This document shows, piece by piece, positions 22,630 to 35,278 of a stretch of 64,000 nt of DNA. Both the position numbers and the translations under genes were made by a program. The stretch covers positions 288,001 to 352,000 of the forward strand of contig CAVRZA010000004.1 in NCBI GenBank assembly GCA_963725665.1, given 5' to 3'. Source of the DNA: an uncultured Actinomycetes bacterium. GTDB taxonomy: Bacteria; Actinomycetota; Thermoleophilia; UBA2241. The notes beneath the pieces are model-generated. The model saw nothing but the letters and a program-made list of their open reading frames with translations. It had not been told where the DNA came from and made no database searches. Position 1 is the first letter of the stretch, and each line of letters starts with the position of its first letter.

Positions 22630-24296
22630 GCCGTCTGCGCGCGGTCCTGCGCCGTCTCGATGCGTGGGCCGCAGTGGTGCTCGGCGTCCTCGTCACCCTC
22701 GGGGTGATCATCCTCGTCGCCACTCCGGGACCGTGGCACGTAGTCGTCAGGTCGGCGCCGCAGATCCGTCTCGCCGCCCCGCCGCCTTCCGACGTCGCCG
22801 TCTTCGTCAACGGCACATCGAGTCCCGGCGGCTGCACCGGCATCGTGTGGCTCCATCTGCGCTACGACTCACCTGCTCTCGCCTGCATGGTCGTGCCGGC
22901 CGAGTTGCAGGGCGGGCTTGCCGGAGCCGGCTACCAGTCGCTGGCGCGCATCGTGCGCGACGCCGGTCCCGCCGCTGGCGCGCAGGCTCTTGGTGAGGCT
23001 CTCGGGGTGAAGATGAAGTCGTGGGTGTATCTCGACCGGAGTGCCCTGCGGACCGCCTTCCCGGGTGTGTTCGAGGACGCGGGCACGCTGCCCATGCGAG
23101 CGCGCCTGCGCGCTATGGAGCGAGCCTGGAGCGGGAGAGGCGCCGCCCGGGGCCGCTTTGTTCTGCAGACCGGCTCCTTGCGCGGCGCCATCAACGGCTC
23201 GTCGTGGGTCGACCTCAACTTGGTGGCGTTCGTGAACTACGTCCTCGCGGCGCCCAGCGTCGATACCGACCTGCGCCTGCAGGGGGCGTCAGCCATCGCC
23301 ACGGTGCTCAAGACGGCGCCCCCCGATCAGATCCTGGTTGGCGCGGTGCCCGTGGTGGAGCTGCGCTGCGGCCGCTATCGACGCTGGATGCCGGCGAGGC
23401 TTCCTCTGCTCGCCCTGCGGCAGGCCTTCGCCTTCGATGCCAGCGTCCCGGTGTTGCGCCCCGTCGTCTCTCAAGAACGGCTTCCGTCGCGGGTGCTCGT
23501 CCTTGCCTCGCCGGCGCCGGCCGCTTTGCTACGTGCCTACGGGGAGGGGCTGGAGCGTGCCCTGCGGGACTCGGCCGGTCGCAGAGTAGCCGTGGACGTG
23601 GTTCCCGTGGCCACGGCCGTCGCCGCACTCCCCGTCGTCGAAGGGCTGGCAGAGCGCCCGCCGCTCGCCGTTGTCGTGGCCATCGGGCGCCAGCGGCCGG
23701 CTGCGCCCGAGGGCATCGAGCAGGGCTTGCGCATCTTGCTCGATGCCCTCACGGCGGCCGGCCAGCCGGCCCTCGTCTCGGAGGTGCCCGTGGGCGATGA
23801 CGGTGTCTGGGCAGGGGTGAACAAGGCGATCGACGCCGCAGCGGCGGCGAGCGGCACGCCGCTCTCGCCGGTGGCGCCGCTGCTGCAGGGGACCGGCGAG
23901 AGCGGCGTGCCGCTCGCCGCCCCCGTCTACTCGCGCTGGGCGGCACTGAACGCTCAGGCGCTGGTCAGGGCGGTGCAGCCCGTGTATTTCGCCCCGCGCC
24001 TGCTCTCCACGCGCAGCGGTTTCGACTATTACCAGCGCACCAAGACCAGCGTCGCCGTTGCCGGCCCGGATCCCGCCCGGGTGGTCCGGCAGGCCTCCTC
24101 GGTCGCCAACCTCGGTTTCGCCGTCGCCGAGGGCCAGTCCAAGGAGATGCCGGACGCAGGCTACCGGACCCTCTACTACCAGCCGACCGCGTTGCGTCCG
24201 GCGCTCATCCTCGCCGATGAGCTACACGTGCCTGAGGTCGCCGTCACGGCGTCGCCGCCGCCCCCGTCGAGCGACCTCGCTTTGATCCTGCCGTAA
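22626..24296 (+). CDS. Membrane-anchored hypothetical protein, possibly degenerate LCP-like
   Basis: N-terminal TM, GTGA overlap with LCP gene, loose LCP-like spacing without catalytic motifs. Confidence 0.6.
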   Translation: MSRLRAVLRRLDAWAAVVLGVLVTLGVIILVATPGPWHVVVRSAPQIRLAAPPPSDVAVFVNGTSSPGGCTGIVWLHLRYDSPALACMVVPAELQGGLAGAGYQSLARIVRDAGPAAGAQALGEALGVKMKSWVYLDRSALRTAFPGVFEDAGTLPMRARLRAMERAWSGRGAARGRFVLQTGSLRGAINGSSWVDLNLVAFVNYVLAAPSVDTDLRLQGASAIATVLKTAPPDQILVGAVPVVELRCGRYRRWMPARLPLLALRQAFAFDASVPVLRPVVSQERLPSRVLVLASPAPAALLRAYGEGLERALRDSAGRRVAVDVVPVATAVAALPVVEGLAERPPLAVVVAIGRQRPAAPEGIEQGLRILLDALTAAGQPALVSEVPVGDDGVWAGVNKAIDAAAAASGTPLSPVAPLLQGTGESGVPLAAPVYSRWAALNAQALVRAVQPVYFAPRLLSTRSGFDYYQRTKTSVAVAGPDPARVVRQASSVANLGFAVAEGQSKEMPDAGYRTLYYQPTALRPALILADELHVPEVAVTASPPPPSSDLALILP

Positions 24297-24340
24297 GGGC
24301 GGTGCCTGAGCGGAGGACTCGCCGTCCAGACTGGAGAAAG

Positions 24341-24368
24341 GCGAAACGCCCCTGCAGGGGCGTTTCGC
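24341..24368 (-). terminator. Hairpin terminator between convergent genes
   Basis: GCGAAACGCCCC-TGCA-GGGGCGTTTCGC, followed by CTTTCT on the minus strand. Confidence 0.75.
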
Positions 24369-24395
24369 AGTGACGTACGCTTCTTGCGCCGGCGA

Positions 24396-24764
24396 TCAGC
24401 CGCGACGACGTCGCAGGAGTGTGCCGCTCCCGATCAATCCGGCGCCGGCCGCGAACATCATGAGCAGCTCGCCGCCGGTGAACTTCAGCTCGCCGGCGTT
24501 GGCGGCGCCGGGGGACTGTAGGCTGGCCAGATAATCCTCGAGCACGCCCTGGACGTTGCTGTACTGCAAGACGTCCGGGTTGGCCCTGGCGTAGTTGAGG
24601 GCGGCCTGGATGTCGGCCGCGCTGTAGGTGCCGTCGATTGTCCCGTCAGTCGCGTCGTTGATGATCTCGTCGATGGTGGCTTGCGAGGTCGCGAACGCGA
24701 CGGACGCGAAGACGAGCGTCAGGACGAGCGCAAGAACAATCGCTATTCCGATCCCGGCCTTCAT
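24396..24764 (-). CDS. Small secreted protein with sortase-like C-terminal sorting signal
   Basis: Signal peptide ending AFA; LKFTG, hydrophobic helix, RRRRG tail. Confidence 0.85.
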   Translation of the reverse strand: MKAGIGIAIVLALVLTLVFASVAFATSQATIDEIINDATDGTIDGTYSAADIQAALNYARANPDVLQYSNVQGVLEDYLASLQSPGAANAGELKFTGGELLMMFAAGAGLIGSGTLLRRRRG

Positions 24765-24940
24765 GCGTGCACCCCCCTTCGCTTCGAGGGCCCGATCTTA
24801 CTCTCTTATACCATACGTTCGTCGCTTGTCCACGGTGTCGTCCGTCGAGGACACGGCTTTCGGGCGCCTCATCGCAGCGGCGCGGCCGGTGCCAGCCGGC
24901 ACCTGCCCGAGAACCAGGCGAGGGTGCTTGGGAGGCTGGC

Positions 24941-24946
24941 TATAAT
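24941..24946 (+). promoter_or_regulatory. -10 box 7 nt before ATG (likely leaderless mRNA)
   Basis: TATAAT-gggcgcc-ATG with no Shine-Dalgarno. Confidence 0.6.
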
Positions 24947-24953
24947 GGGCGCC

Positions 24954-26945
24954 ATGTCCGCCTCGCGTCTTCTTGCCGTGCTCCCGCAGACGGTGCTCCT
25001 CGCGGCCGCGGCGGCGCTGGCCTTTCTCTCGGGGGGGTATGTCTTCTCGCGCACGGCTCCCGTCGCGCTCGTCCTCGCCCTGGCCGCGCTCGTGTGGCTG
25101 TGGGCTGCACGTCACCGAGAGCGCCTGCCGGCACCCTATGTTGTTGCCCTGGCGGCCTTCGCCGCGTTCACCGTGTGGACCGGCCTGTCGGTGCTTTGGT
25201 CGGTGGGTCCCGACCTCTCGTGGCCGGTCTTCGACGTGACTGTCCTGTACGTCGGCGTCGCCTGGATCGCGGCGCTCGTGCGTGTCGACCGACTTCAACT
25301 CCGCGTCGTCGGTTACGGCTACGTCGGCGTGGCGGTGGCGGTCGCGGCGTACGCCTTCCTCGCCAAGGTCCTGCCCGACGTCGTGACGCATGCTCACACG
25401 TACGCGCGACTCAGCGATCCCGTCGGCTACTGGAACGTGCTCGCCATCACGATGGTCTTCGGCGCCGTCCTCGCTCTCGAAGCTGCGGCTCGGCCCGGCC
25501 TGCCCCCGCCGCTTCGCAGCGCCGCGGCGGCTGGGCTTCTGCTTATGGTCTTCACCCTCTTCTTCACGTTCTCCCGCGGCGGAGTCGTCGCCTTCGTCCT
25601 CGCCCTCTTCGTCTTCTTCCTACTGTCGAACCGCAGGTTGAGCGCCGCGTTCACTCTGGTTCTCGTCCTCGCCTTCACCGGGGCGGTGCTCTGGCATGCG
25701 CGGCACCTCTCGACCCTCTTCAGCGCGACAACCGATGACGCGCTGCGCACGGCCCAGGGTCACGCGCTCGGGCGCTGGTTCCTCGTTGCGCTGGGGGGTG
25801 TCGTCGCCGTACAGGCGCTGGCGGCACTCGTCCAGCGGCGACTGCGCCTGCGATCACGCGTGCGGCTCGCGGTCGGGTCGGCCATCGTCGTCGTGCTCAT
25901 CGCCGGTGCGGTCGGCGCGGGCGCCTGGTACTTGCCCCGACACGGCGGCCTGGGGCCTTGGGTGAGGACGCACTACGAGGCTCTCATCAACGACACGGGG
26001 GCGCAGGGCGAGGGCGCGGGCCGACTGCTCGCCTTCGGCACCAACGGGCGCCTGGAGCTCTACCGCGAGGCGCTGCGTGGGGCACGTGGTCACGAATTGC
26101 TCGGCAGGGGGGCGGGGACGTTCCGCTTCACGCACTACGAGCAGCGGAGCGGCGGCGTCGTGAAGCACGCCCACAGCGAGTGGTTCAACATCTACAGCGA
26201 GCTCGGCGTGGTCGGGCTGGCGCTGTTCGCTGTTGCCGTCGCTGGCCTGATCGTGGCCGCCTTTGCGCGCCTGCTCAAAGACAGGTCAGACCCGGACCGG
26301 GCGTTGCTCGCCGCGCTCCAGGCGGGCATCGTGGCGTTCGTCTTCCACATCTCCGTGGATTGGGACTGGGGGATGGCGTCGGCGACGCTCGCTTTCCTGC
26401 TGTTCACGGCGACCGCCGTCGGGTATCTGAGGACTCGCGCCACGGCGACTGAGGCGGTCACCGCCGGCGCGTCCGCCGAGGGAGGCGAGGGCGCAGGCCG
26501 CCACGCGACGGCGCGGCGGCTGCCGGTGGCGGCCTGCGCCCTCGCCTCCGGCCTGATCGCGCTCGGCGTGGTGAGCTGGACGCTGCCGTATCTCTCTCAG
26601 AGCGCCTACAACGCGGCCGTCAACGCGGCGGGCCAGGACCGCATCGCGACGGCCGTCTCGTCCGCGGAGCGAGCCCGCAGGCTCGACCCCTTGGCCGTCG
26701 ATCCTCTGATCGTGCTGGCCCAGCTGGAACAGCAGCAAGGAAAGGGGCGAGAGGCGAGAGCGACGCTGGAGCGGGCGCTAAGGCTCCAGCCGCGCAACTA
26801 CGAGGTCTACTACCAGCTCGGACTGCTCGAGCTGAACACCTTCGGCAACAAAGCCGATGCGGCCGCGTGGTTCCGCAAAGCGCTCGTGCTCAATCCCAAG
26901 GATGCGGCAACGCAGTACCAGTTGAGCGTGGCCGAGGGGGGCTGA
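24954..26945 (+). CDS. O-antigen ligase-like (Wzy_C) membrane protein with C-terminal TPRs
   Basis: Many TMs, PVGYWN, TFSRGG, GRGAGTF, HAHS motif, TPR-like C-terminus. Confidence 0.88.
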   Translation: MSASRLLAVLPQTVLLAAAAALAFLSGGYVFSRTAPVALVLALAALVWLWAARHRERLPAPYVVALAAFAAFTVWTGLSVLWSVGPDLSWPVFDVTVLYVGVAWIAALVRVDRLQLRVVGYGYVGVAVAVAAYAFLAKVLPDVVTHAHTYARLSDPVGYWNVLAITMVFGAVLALEAAARPGLPPPLRSAAAAGLLLMVFTLFFTFSRGGVVAFVLALFVFFLLSNRRLSAAFTLVLVLAFTGAVLWHARHLSTLFSATTDDALRTAQGHALGRWFLVALGGVVAVQALAALVQRRLRLRSRVRLAVGSAIVVVLIAGAVGAGAWYLPRHGGLGPWVRTHYEALINDTGAQGEGAGRLLAFGTNGRLELYREALRGARGHELLGRGAGTFRFTHYEQRSGGVVKHAHSEWFNIYSELGVVGLALFAVAVAGLIVAAFARLLKDRSDPDRALLAALQAGIVAFVFHISVDWDWGMASATLAFLLFTATAVGYLRTRATATEAVTAGASAEGGEGAGRHATARRLPVAACALASGLIALGVVSWTLPYLSQSAYNAAVNAAGQDRIATAVSSAERARRLDPLAVDPLIVLAQLEQQQGKGREARATLERALRLQPRNYEVYYQLGLLELNTFGNKADAAAWFRKALVLNPKDAATQYQLSVAEGG

Positions 26946-27157
26946 GAGGGGCGAGAGTCCCCACCGAAGCTGATGACGCCCGGTCGACGAAAGGCCCGGC
27001 CGGCCGGTGACGGCCGCTCGGCGAAGACCCCGTCGCGGGCCCGAAGCGTCCCCCATGGTAGACTACGCCCACCGCCGCCTCCGAGACGCGCGATGCCGGT
27101 CGCGTCCCACAGGTGGCGGAACGCGTTGCGATTGTCCAGCAGGGAGGCCGTGCCGGC

Positions 27158-28483
27158 GTGAGCGAAGCAGAACAGCCCATCGGCGTCGTCGGAGTGGGCT
27201 ACGTGGGCCTCGTCACCGGCGTCTGTCTGGCGCATCTGGGCCATCGCGTCGCCTGTCTCGACGTCGACGAGGCGAGGATCGCGGCGCTCCGCGGGGGGAC
27301 CGTGCCCATCTTCGAGCCCGGTCTCGAAAAACTCGTCGACGACAACGCCGCGCGTCTCTCCTTCACCACCTCCTACGACCAGCTCCTGGCGCAGTGCCGC
27401 ATCCTCTTCGTGGCCGTGGACACGCCGCCGACGGCGTCGGGCGACGCCGACCTGTCGCGTGTGCGCCGTGTGGTCGACGAGGTGGCGAGTCGCGGCGGCC
27501 GTCATCTCCTCGTCATGAAGAGCACCGTGCCGGTGGGGACCGGCGGGCACATCATGGCCGACCTCGACAGTGAGGGCGTCGACGGCATCGCCTACGTCTC
27601 GAACCCTGAGTTCCTGCGCGAGGGCGCCGCGATCCAGGATTTCCTTGCCCCCGACCGCATCGTCATCGGCTCGTTCACCGACGAGGCCGGCGACGAGGTG
27701 GAGGCCCTCTATCGGGGTATCGATGCCACCGTCGTGCGCACGAGCGTGCCGACCGCGGAGATGATCAAGTACGCCTCCAACGCCTTTCTGGCCACCAAGA
27801 TCTCCTTCGTGAACGAGATCGCCAACGTCTGCGAGGAGGTCGGCGCCGACGTGCGCACGGTCGCCGAGGGTATGGGTCTCGACCATCGCATCGGGCCTCA
27901 CTTCCTGCAGGCCGGCATCGGCTTCGGCGGCTCGTGCTTCCCCAAGGACGTGCAGGCGCTCAAGCAACTCGCCGGCAACTCGGGCTATCATTTTCAGCTG
28001 CTGACCGCCGTCATCGAGGTGAACCATCTGCAGAAGAGACGCGTGATCGGGAAGCTCAAGCACCATCTCGGCAGCCTGCGCGGCGCGCGTATCGCCCTGC
28101 TCGGTCTCACCTTCAAGCCCCACACCGACGACCTCCGCGAGGCGGCCTCCATCGTCCTCGCGGCGAGGCTGCGCGGCGAGGGCGCGACGGTTGCCGCCTA
28201 CGACCCCATGCTAGCCCCGGGCGGTCACGAGCAGTTCCCCGGGGTGACCTTGTGCGCGGAGCCGCTGGAGGCCGTGCGCGATGCCGACGCGCTCGTCGTC
28301 GTCACGGAGTGGCCTGAGTTCCTGCGCCTCGACTGGACCGCCCTCAAGGAAACCATGCGCAGGCCGGTCGTCATCGACGGGCGCAACGTGCTCGACCCTG
28401 ACGCTCTCCGTGAGGCGGGCTTCACCTACGAAGGGGTGGGTGTCGCGGGCCTTCCCGAAGCGGTGCGTTCGAGGTCGTCCTAG
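27158..28483 (+). CDS. ugd: UDP-glucose/GDP-mannose 6-dehydrogenase
   Basis: GVGYVG, KSTVP, NPEFLREG, GFGGSCFPKD. Confidence 0.93.
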   Translation: MSEAEQPIGVVGVGYVGLVTGVCLAHLGHRVACLDVDEARIAALRGGTVPIFEPGLEKLVDDNAARLSFTTSYDQLLAQCRILFVAVDTPPTASGDADLSRVRRVVDEVASRGGRHLLVMKSTVPVGTGGHIMADLDSEGVDGIAYVSNPEFLREGAAIQDFLAPDRIVIGSFTDEAGDEVEALYRGIDATVVRTSVPTAEMIKYASNAFLATKISFVNEIANVCEEVGADVRTVAEGMGLDHRIGPHFLQAGIGFGGSCFPKDVQALKQLAGNSGYHFQLLTAVIEVNHLQKRRVIGKLKHHLGSLRGARIALLGLTFKPHTDDLREAASIVLAARLRGEGATVAAYDPMLAPGGHEQFPGVTLCAEPLEAVRDADALVVVTEWPEFLRLDWTALKETMRRPVVIDGRNVLDPDALREAGFTYEGVGVAGLPEAVRSRSS

Positions 28484-28503
28484 CGCCGCGTGGGAGCGCT
28501 GTC

Positions 28504-29658
28504 GTGACCAGGTGTGCCTGCCCCCAAGCGGTGGTGCTCGTCGGCGGCGAGGGGACGCGGTTGCGACCCATCACCTCGCGCGTGCCCAAGCCCGTCGCGC
28601 CGTTGCTCGAGCGCCCTATGCTCGTCTACCTCCTGGAACACTTGGCGCGGTACGGCGTGGAGCGGGTGGTCTTCTCGACCGGCTTCCTGGCCGAGGCCAT
28701 CCAGGCGGCGATAGGCGATGGGTCAGCGTTCGGCCTCGATGTGCGCTATGTCGTCGAGGACCGACCCCTCGGTACCGCAGGCGCCATCAAGAACGCCCAG
28801 AGCGAGCTCGACGACGCCTGCTTCTTCGCCTTCAACGGTGACGTGCTCAGCGAGGTCGATCTGACGGCGCTGATCGAGTTCCACCGAGAACGGAGTGCTC
28901 TGGGGACCATCTTCTTGACGCCCGTGGACGATCCGCGCCGGTACGGCATGGTCGAGCTCGGGGACGACGGACTCATCCTCGAGTTCCTCGAGAAGCCGAG
29001 CAGCGACGTCGAGGGGGGCGCGCTCATCAACGCCGGCATCTACGTGCTGGAGCCCGAGGTGTTGGAGCTCGTCCCGCCGAGCAGGACGTACTCGATAGAG
29101 CGCGGGGTCTTCCCCGGACTTGCCTCGCTCGGCAAGCTGTTCGGGTACGCCGGCGGCGGCTACTGGCGCGACATCGGCACTCCCGACAGCTATCTCGAGG
29201 CGCATTTCGACATCCTCCAGCGCACGTTCGAGACCCCGCTCTCGGGACAGCTTGGAGAGTCGTACGTCCTTGTGTCGCCGGACGCGACGGTGGAGCCTGG
29301 CGCCCGGGTCGTTCCACCCGCCTACATCGGTCCCGGTGCGCGCGTGGCGAGCGGGGCGCGGGTAGGGCCGCTGGCCGTGATCGGCGCCGGCAGCGTGGTC
29401 GGGGAGAAGGCCATGGTCGTCGAGTCGGTGCTTCAGGAGGGAGTGCGCGTTGGAGCCGGCGCCAGCATCGAGCGCACGATCATCGTGCGCGAGGCCTCGA
29501 TCGGGGCCGGCTCGCAGGTGAGCCACGCCGTGATCGGTGAGCGTTGTCGTGTCGGAGCAGAGAACCAGCTCGCCAACGGCTTGTGCTTGTACCCTGAAGT
29601 GGTACTACCGGATGGGAGCATGAAGTTCAGAGAGGTGGAGGGAAGAGAATCGGGATGA
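28504..29658 (+). CDS. NDP-sugar synthase (mannose-1-phosphate guanylyltransferase-like)
   Basis: GGEGTRLRP, PKP, LGTAG, FLEKP, hexapeptide C-terminus. Confidence 0.9.
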   Translation: MTRCACPQAVVLVGGEGTRLRPITSRVPKPVAPLLERPMLVYLLEHLARYGVERVVFSTGFLAEAIQAAIGDGSAFGLDVRYVVEDRPLGTAGAIKNAQSELDDACFFAFNGDVLSEVDLTALIEFHRERSALGTIFLTPVDDPRRYGMVELGDDGLILEFLEKPSSDVEGGALINAGIYVLEPEVLELVPPSRTYSIERGVFPGLASLGKLFGYAGGGYWRDIGTPDSYLEAHFDILQRTFETPLSGQLGESYVLVSPDATVEPGARVVPPAYIGPGARVASGARVGPLAVIGAGSVVGEKAMVVESVLQEGVRVGAGASIERTIIVREASIGAGSQVSHAVIGERCRVGAENQLANGLCLYPEVVLPDGSMKFREVEGRESG

Positions 29659-31004
29659 CGGTCGCCGAAGGCATCTTCAAGGCCTACGACGTCCGTGGCC
29701 TCTACCCCGAAGAGATCGACGCCGACGTCGCGCGATGCATCGGCTACTCGCTCACGCAGCAGCTTGGGGCGACAAGCATGGGCGCCGGCAGGGACCCGCG
29801 CCTGTCGGGGCCGGAGCTCCAGGGGGCGTTCACCGAGGGCGCGATCGCTGCCGGTGCCAACGTCGTCGACTTCGGCACGATCGCCACCGAGATGCTCTAC
29901 TACGGCGTGGCCTCACGCGGCCTCGGCGGGGGCGCGGAGATCACCGCCTCGCACAACCCCAAGTCCTACAACGGGATGAAGCTCGTCGGCGAGGGCGCCC
30001 TGCCGCTCTCAGGTGAGCAGGGCATGCCCGAGCTGAAGCGCCGCGTGCTCGAGCTTGACCGGGTGCCGGCCGCCTCCCTCGACGGCAGGGTGCGCGAGGA
30101 GGATCTCTATCCCGACTACACCGACCACCTCCTGTCGTTCGTCGAGCCCGCGGAGCTCGCCCCACTGCGAGTCGTCATGGACGCCGCCAACGGTATGGCC
30201 GGTAAGCTGGCGCCACTGGTCTTCGATCGCACCCCCGTGCGCCGCGTCGAGATGTACTTCGAAGTGGACGGGGACTTCCCCAACCACGAGCCCAATCCAC
30301 TGCTCGAGGAGAACAGCCGCGAGATACGCCGGCGCGTCGTTTCCGAGAACGCCGATCTCGGCATCGCCTGGGACGGCGACGCCGACCGCTGCTTCTTCAT
30401 CGACGAGGGCGGCGAGTTCGTGCCCGGCGACTTCGTCACCACGCTGCTGGCCGAGGCGCTCCTGCGGCGCCATCCCGGCGCGCACATCCTCTACGATTTG
30501 CGCGCCAGCCGCGCGGTGCCCGACACCATCCGCGCCAACGGCGGCGTGCCGCTCGTGAACCGCGTCGGGCACGCCTTCTTCAAGCAGCGCATGCGCCGCG
30601 AGCCGGTGCTCTTCGGCGGCGAGGTCTCCGGCCACTACTACTTCAGAGACAACTACAACGCCGATTCGGGCTTCGTTCCGGCGCTGCTCATCCTCGAGCT
30701 CCTGTCGCGCAAGGGAACGACGATGAGCGAGCTGCTCGAGCCCTTGCGCGCGCGCTACTTCATCTCGGGCGAGATCAACTCAAAGGTGGCCGACGTGGGC
30801 GCCGCGCTGGCGCGTCTCGGGCAGCGCTTCGGTGACGGCGAGGTCGCCCACCTCGACGGCATCTCCGTCGACTATCCGACGTGGCACTTCAACGTGCGGC
30901 CCTCCAACACCGAACCGCTGGTGCGCCTCAACCTCGGGGCGGACAGCCAGGCTGAGATGGAGGAGAAGCGCGACCTCGTGCTGACGACGATCAGGGAGTC
31001 CTGA
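29655..31004 (+). CDS. Phosphomannomutase/phosphoglucomutase
   Basis: FKAYDVRG, TASHNP, DGDADR, GEVSGH, RPSNTEP. Confidence 0.95.
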   Translation: MTVAEGIFKAYDVRGLYPEEIDADVARCIGYSLTQQLGATSMGAGRDPRLSGPELQGAFTEGAIAAGANVVDFGTIATEMLYYGVASRGLGGGAEITASHNPKSYNGMKLVGEGALPLSGEQGMPELKRRVLELDRVPAASLDGRVREEDLYPDYTDHLLSFVEPAELAPLRVVMDAANGMAGKLAPLVFDRTPVRRVEMYFEVDGDFPNHEPNPLLEENSREIRRRVVSENADLGIAWDGDADRCFFIDEGGEFVPGDFVTTLLAEALLRRHPGAHILYDLRASRAVPDTIRANGGVPLVNRVGHAFFKQRMRREPVLFGGEVSGHYYFRDNYNADSGFVPALLILELLSRKGTTMSELLEPLRARYFISGEINSKVADVGAALARLGQRFGDGEVAHLDGISVDYPTWHFNVRPSNTEPLVRLNLGADSQAEMEEKRDLVLTTIRES

Positions 31005-32200
31005 TGTCGACGGGGTGGGACGGGACTCCCCCGCGGCCTGAGGCAGAGCTCGACCTCGTCCTCGTCGCACGACTGGACCCGAGCGGCCAGTTCGCCGCGG
31101 CCGCCGACCTGGGAGGGCAGCTCGAGAGAGGCTGGGCCCTGGCCGCCCAGGCTCTCGATGGAGTCTCCGTCCTGGGAACAAGAACGGGGGCGATCGACGG
31201 CGTCATCGTCTGCGGCATGGGCGGCTCGGCCATCGGCGGCGACGTCGTACGGGCCTCCATCGTGGACCGCATGACGGTGCCGTTTGAGGTAGTGCGCGGC
31301 TACGAGCTTCCGGCGTGGGCCTCGCCGTACACGCTCGTCGTCTGCGTGAGCCACTCGGGGAACACCGAGGAGACGCTCTCTTGCGTGAGAGGGGCGCTCG
31401 CGCGCGAGAGCCGTCTGGTGGCCGTCGCCTCGGGCGGAGAGCTCGCCGTAGTCGCGCGCGAGCGCCCTGTTCCCCTCGTCCCCGTCCCGGGCGGCGGGCT
31501 GCAGCCCCGCGCCGCGCTGGGCTACCTGGTCGCGGCGCTCGCCGCCCTCCTCGAGCGCGCTGGCCTGGTCGACGGGTTCGGCGGACAGGTGGCGGAGGCG
31601 TCGGAGCTCACACGTCGCCTTGCCGCCGAGCTCGCTCCCGAGGTGCCCGAGCCCGACAACGTCGCCAAGCGGCTCGCGCGGCGCCTGTACGGGCGCGTAG
31701 CGCTGATCTACGGCGCCGCGCTCGCCGCCCCGGCGGCGCGGCGCTGGAAGGCGCAGATCAACGAGAACGCCAACGCCGCCGCCTTCTACGCCGAGCTACC
31801 CGAGCTCAACCATAACGAGTTCTCGGGCTGGACGGCCGACCGGGCCATCTCGAGCAGTCTGCACGTCATACTTCTCGAGGATCGTCTCGCCGCCGCGCCA
31901 CTGCGCCGTCGCACGGCGCTCACACACGAGCTCATGTCCGCGTACGCAGCCGGCGTCGACGTTGTCCAGAGCAGGGGCGAGTCCCCGCTGGCGCGCCTTC
32001 TCTCGCTCTCGATCGTGGGCGACCTCACCTCGCTTTACCTGGCGCTGCTGTACGGCATCGATCCGGCCGCCATCGAGGCCATCACCTGGCTCAAACGGCG
32101 CATGGCCGGTGAGGAGCTGCCCCCGCCGTCCCTGGACGGCTCGGCAGCGCCGAGGCGGGTGTCGGTGGACGTCGCCGGCATTGAGACCGAGAAGGCCTGA
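31004..32200 (+). CDS. Bifunctional phosphoglucose/phosphomannose isomerase
   Basis: GMGGSAIGG, SHSGNTEET, QPRAA, NENA, PELNHNE. Confidence 0.92.
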   Translation: MSTGWDGTPPRPEAELDLVLVARLDPSGQFAAAADLGGQLERGWALAAQALDGVSVLGTRTGAIDGVIVCGMGGSAIGGDVVRASIVDRMTVPFEVVRGYELPAWASPYTLVVCVSHSGNTEETLSCVRGALARESRLVAVASGGELAVVARERPVPLVPVPGGGLQPRAALGYLVAALAALLERAGLVDGFGGQVAEASELTRRLAAELAPEVPEPDNVAKRLARRLYGRVALIYGAALAAPAARRWKAQINENANAAAFYAELPELNHNEFSGWTADRAISSSLHVILLEDRLAAAPLRRRTALTHELMSAYAAGVDVVQSRGESPLARLLSLSIVGDLTSLYLALLYGIDPAAIEAITWLKRRMAGEELPPPSLDGSAAPRRVSVDVAGIETEKA

Positions 32201-32220
32201 CACCTACGGAGGCGCAGCCG

Positions 32221-34160
<1,940 letters not shown>

Positions 34161-34173
34161 GAGGACGGAACCC

Positions 34174-35259
<1,086 letters not shown>

Positions 35260-35278
35260 GGCGGGAGGACGGTACGTC

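Noticed and set aside
26948-26992. Fluoride riboswitch or hammerhead-like sequence (GCTGATGAC...CGAAA)
   Set aside because: GAUGG and the pseudoknot pairing are missing, hammerhead stem II cannot form, and the downstream gene is unrelated; an Rfam scan would settle it
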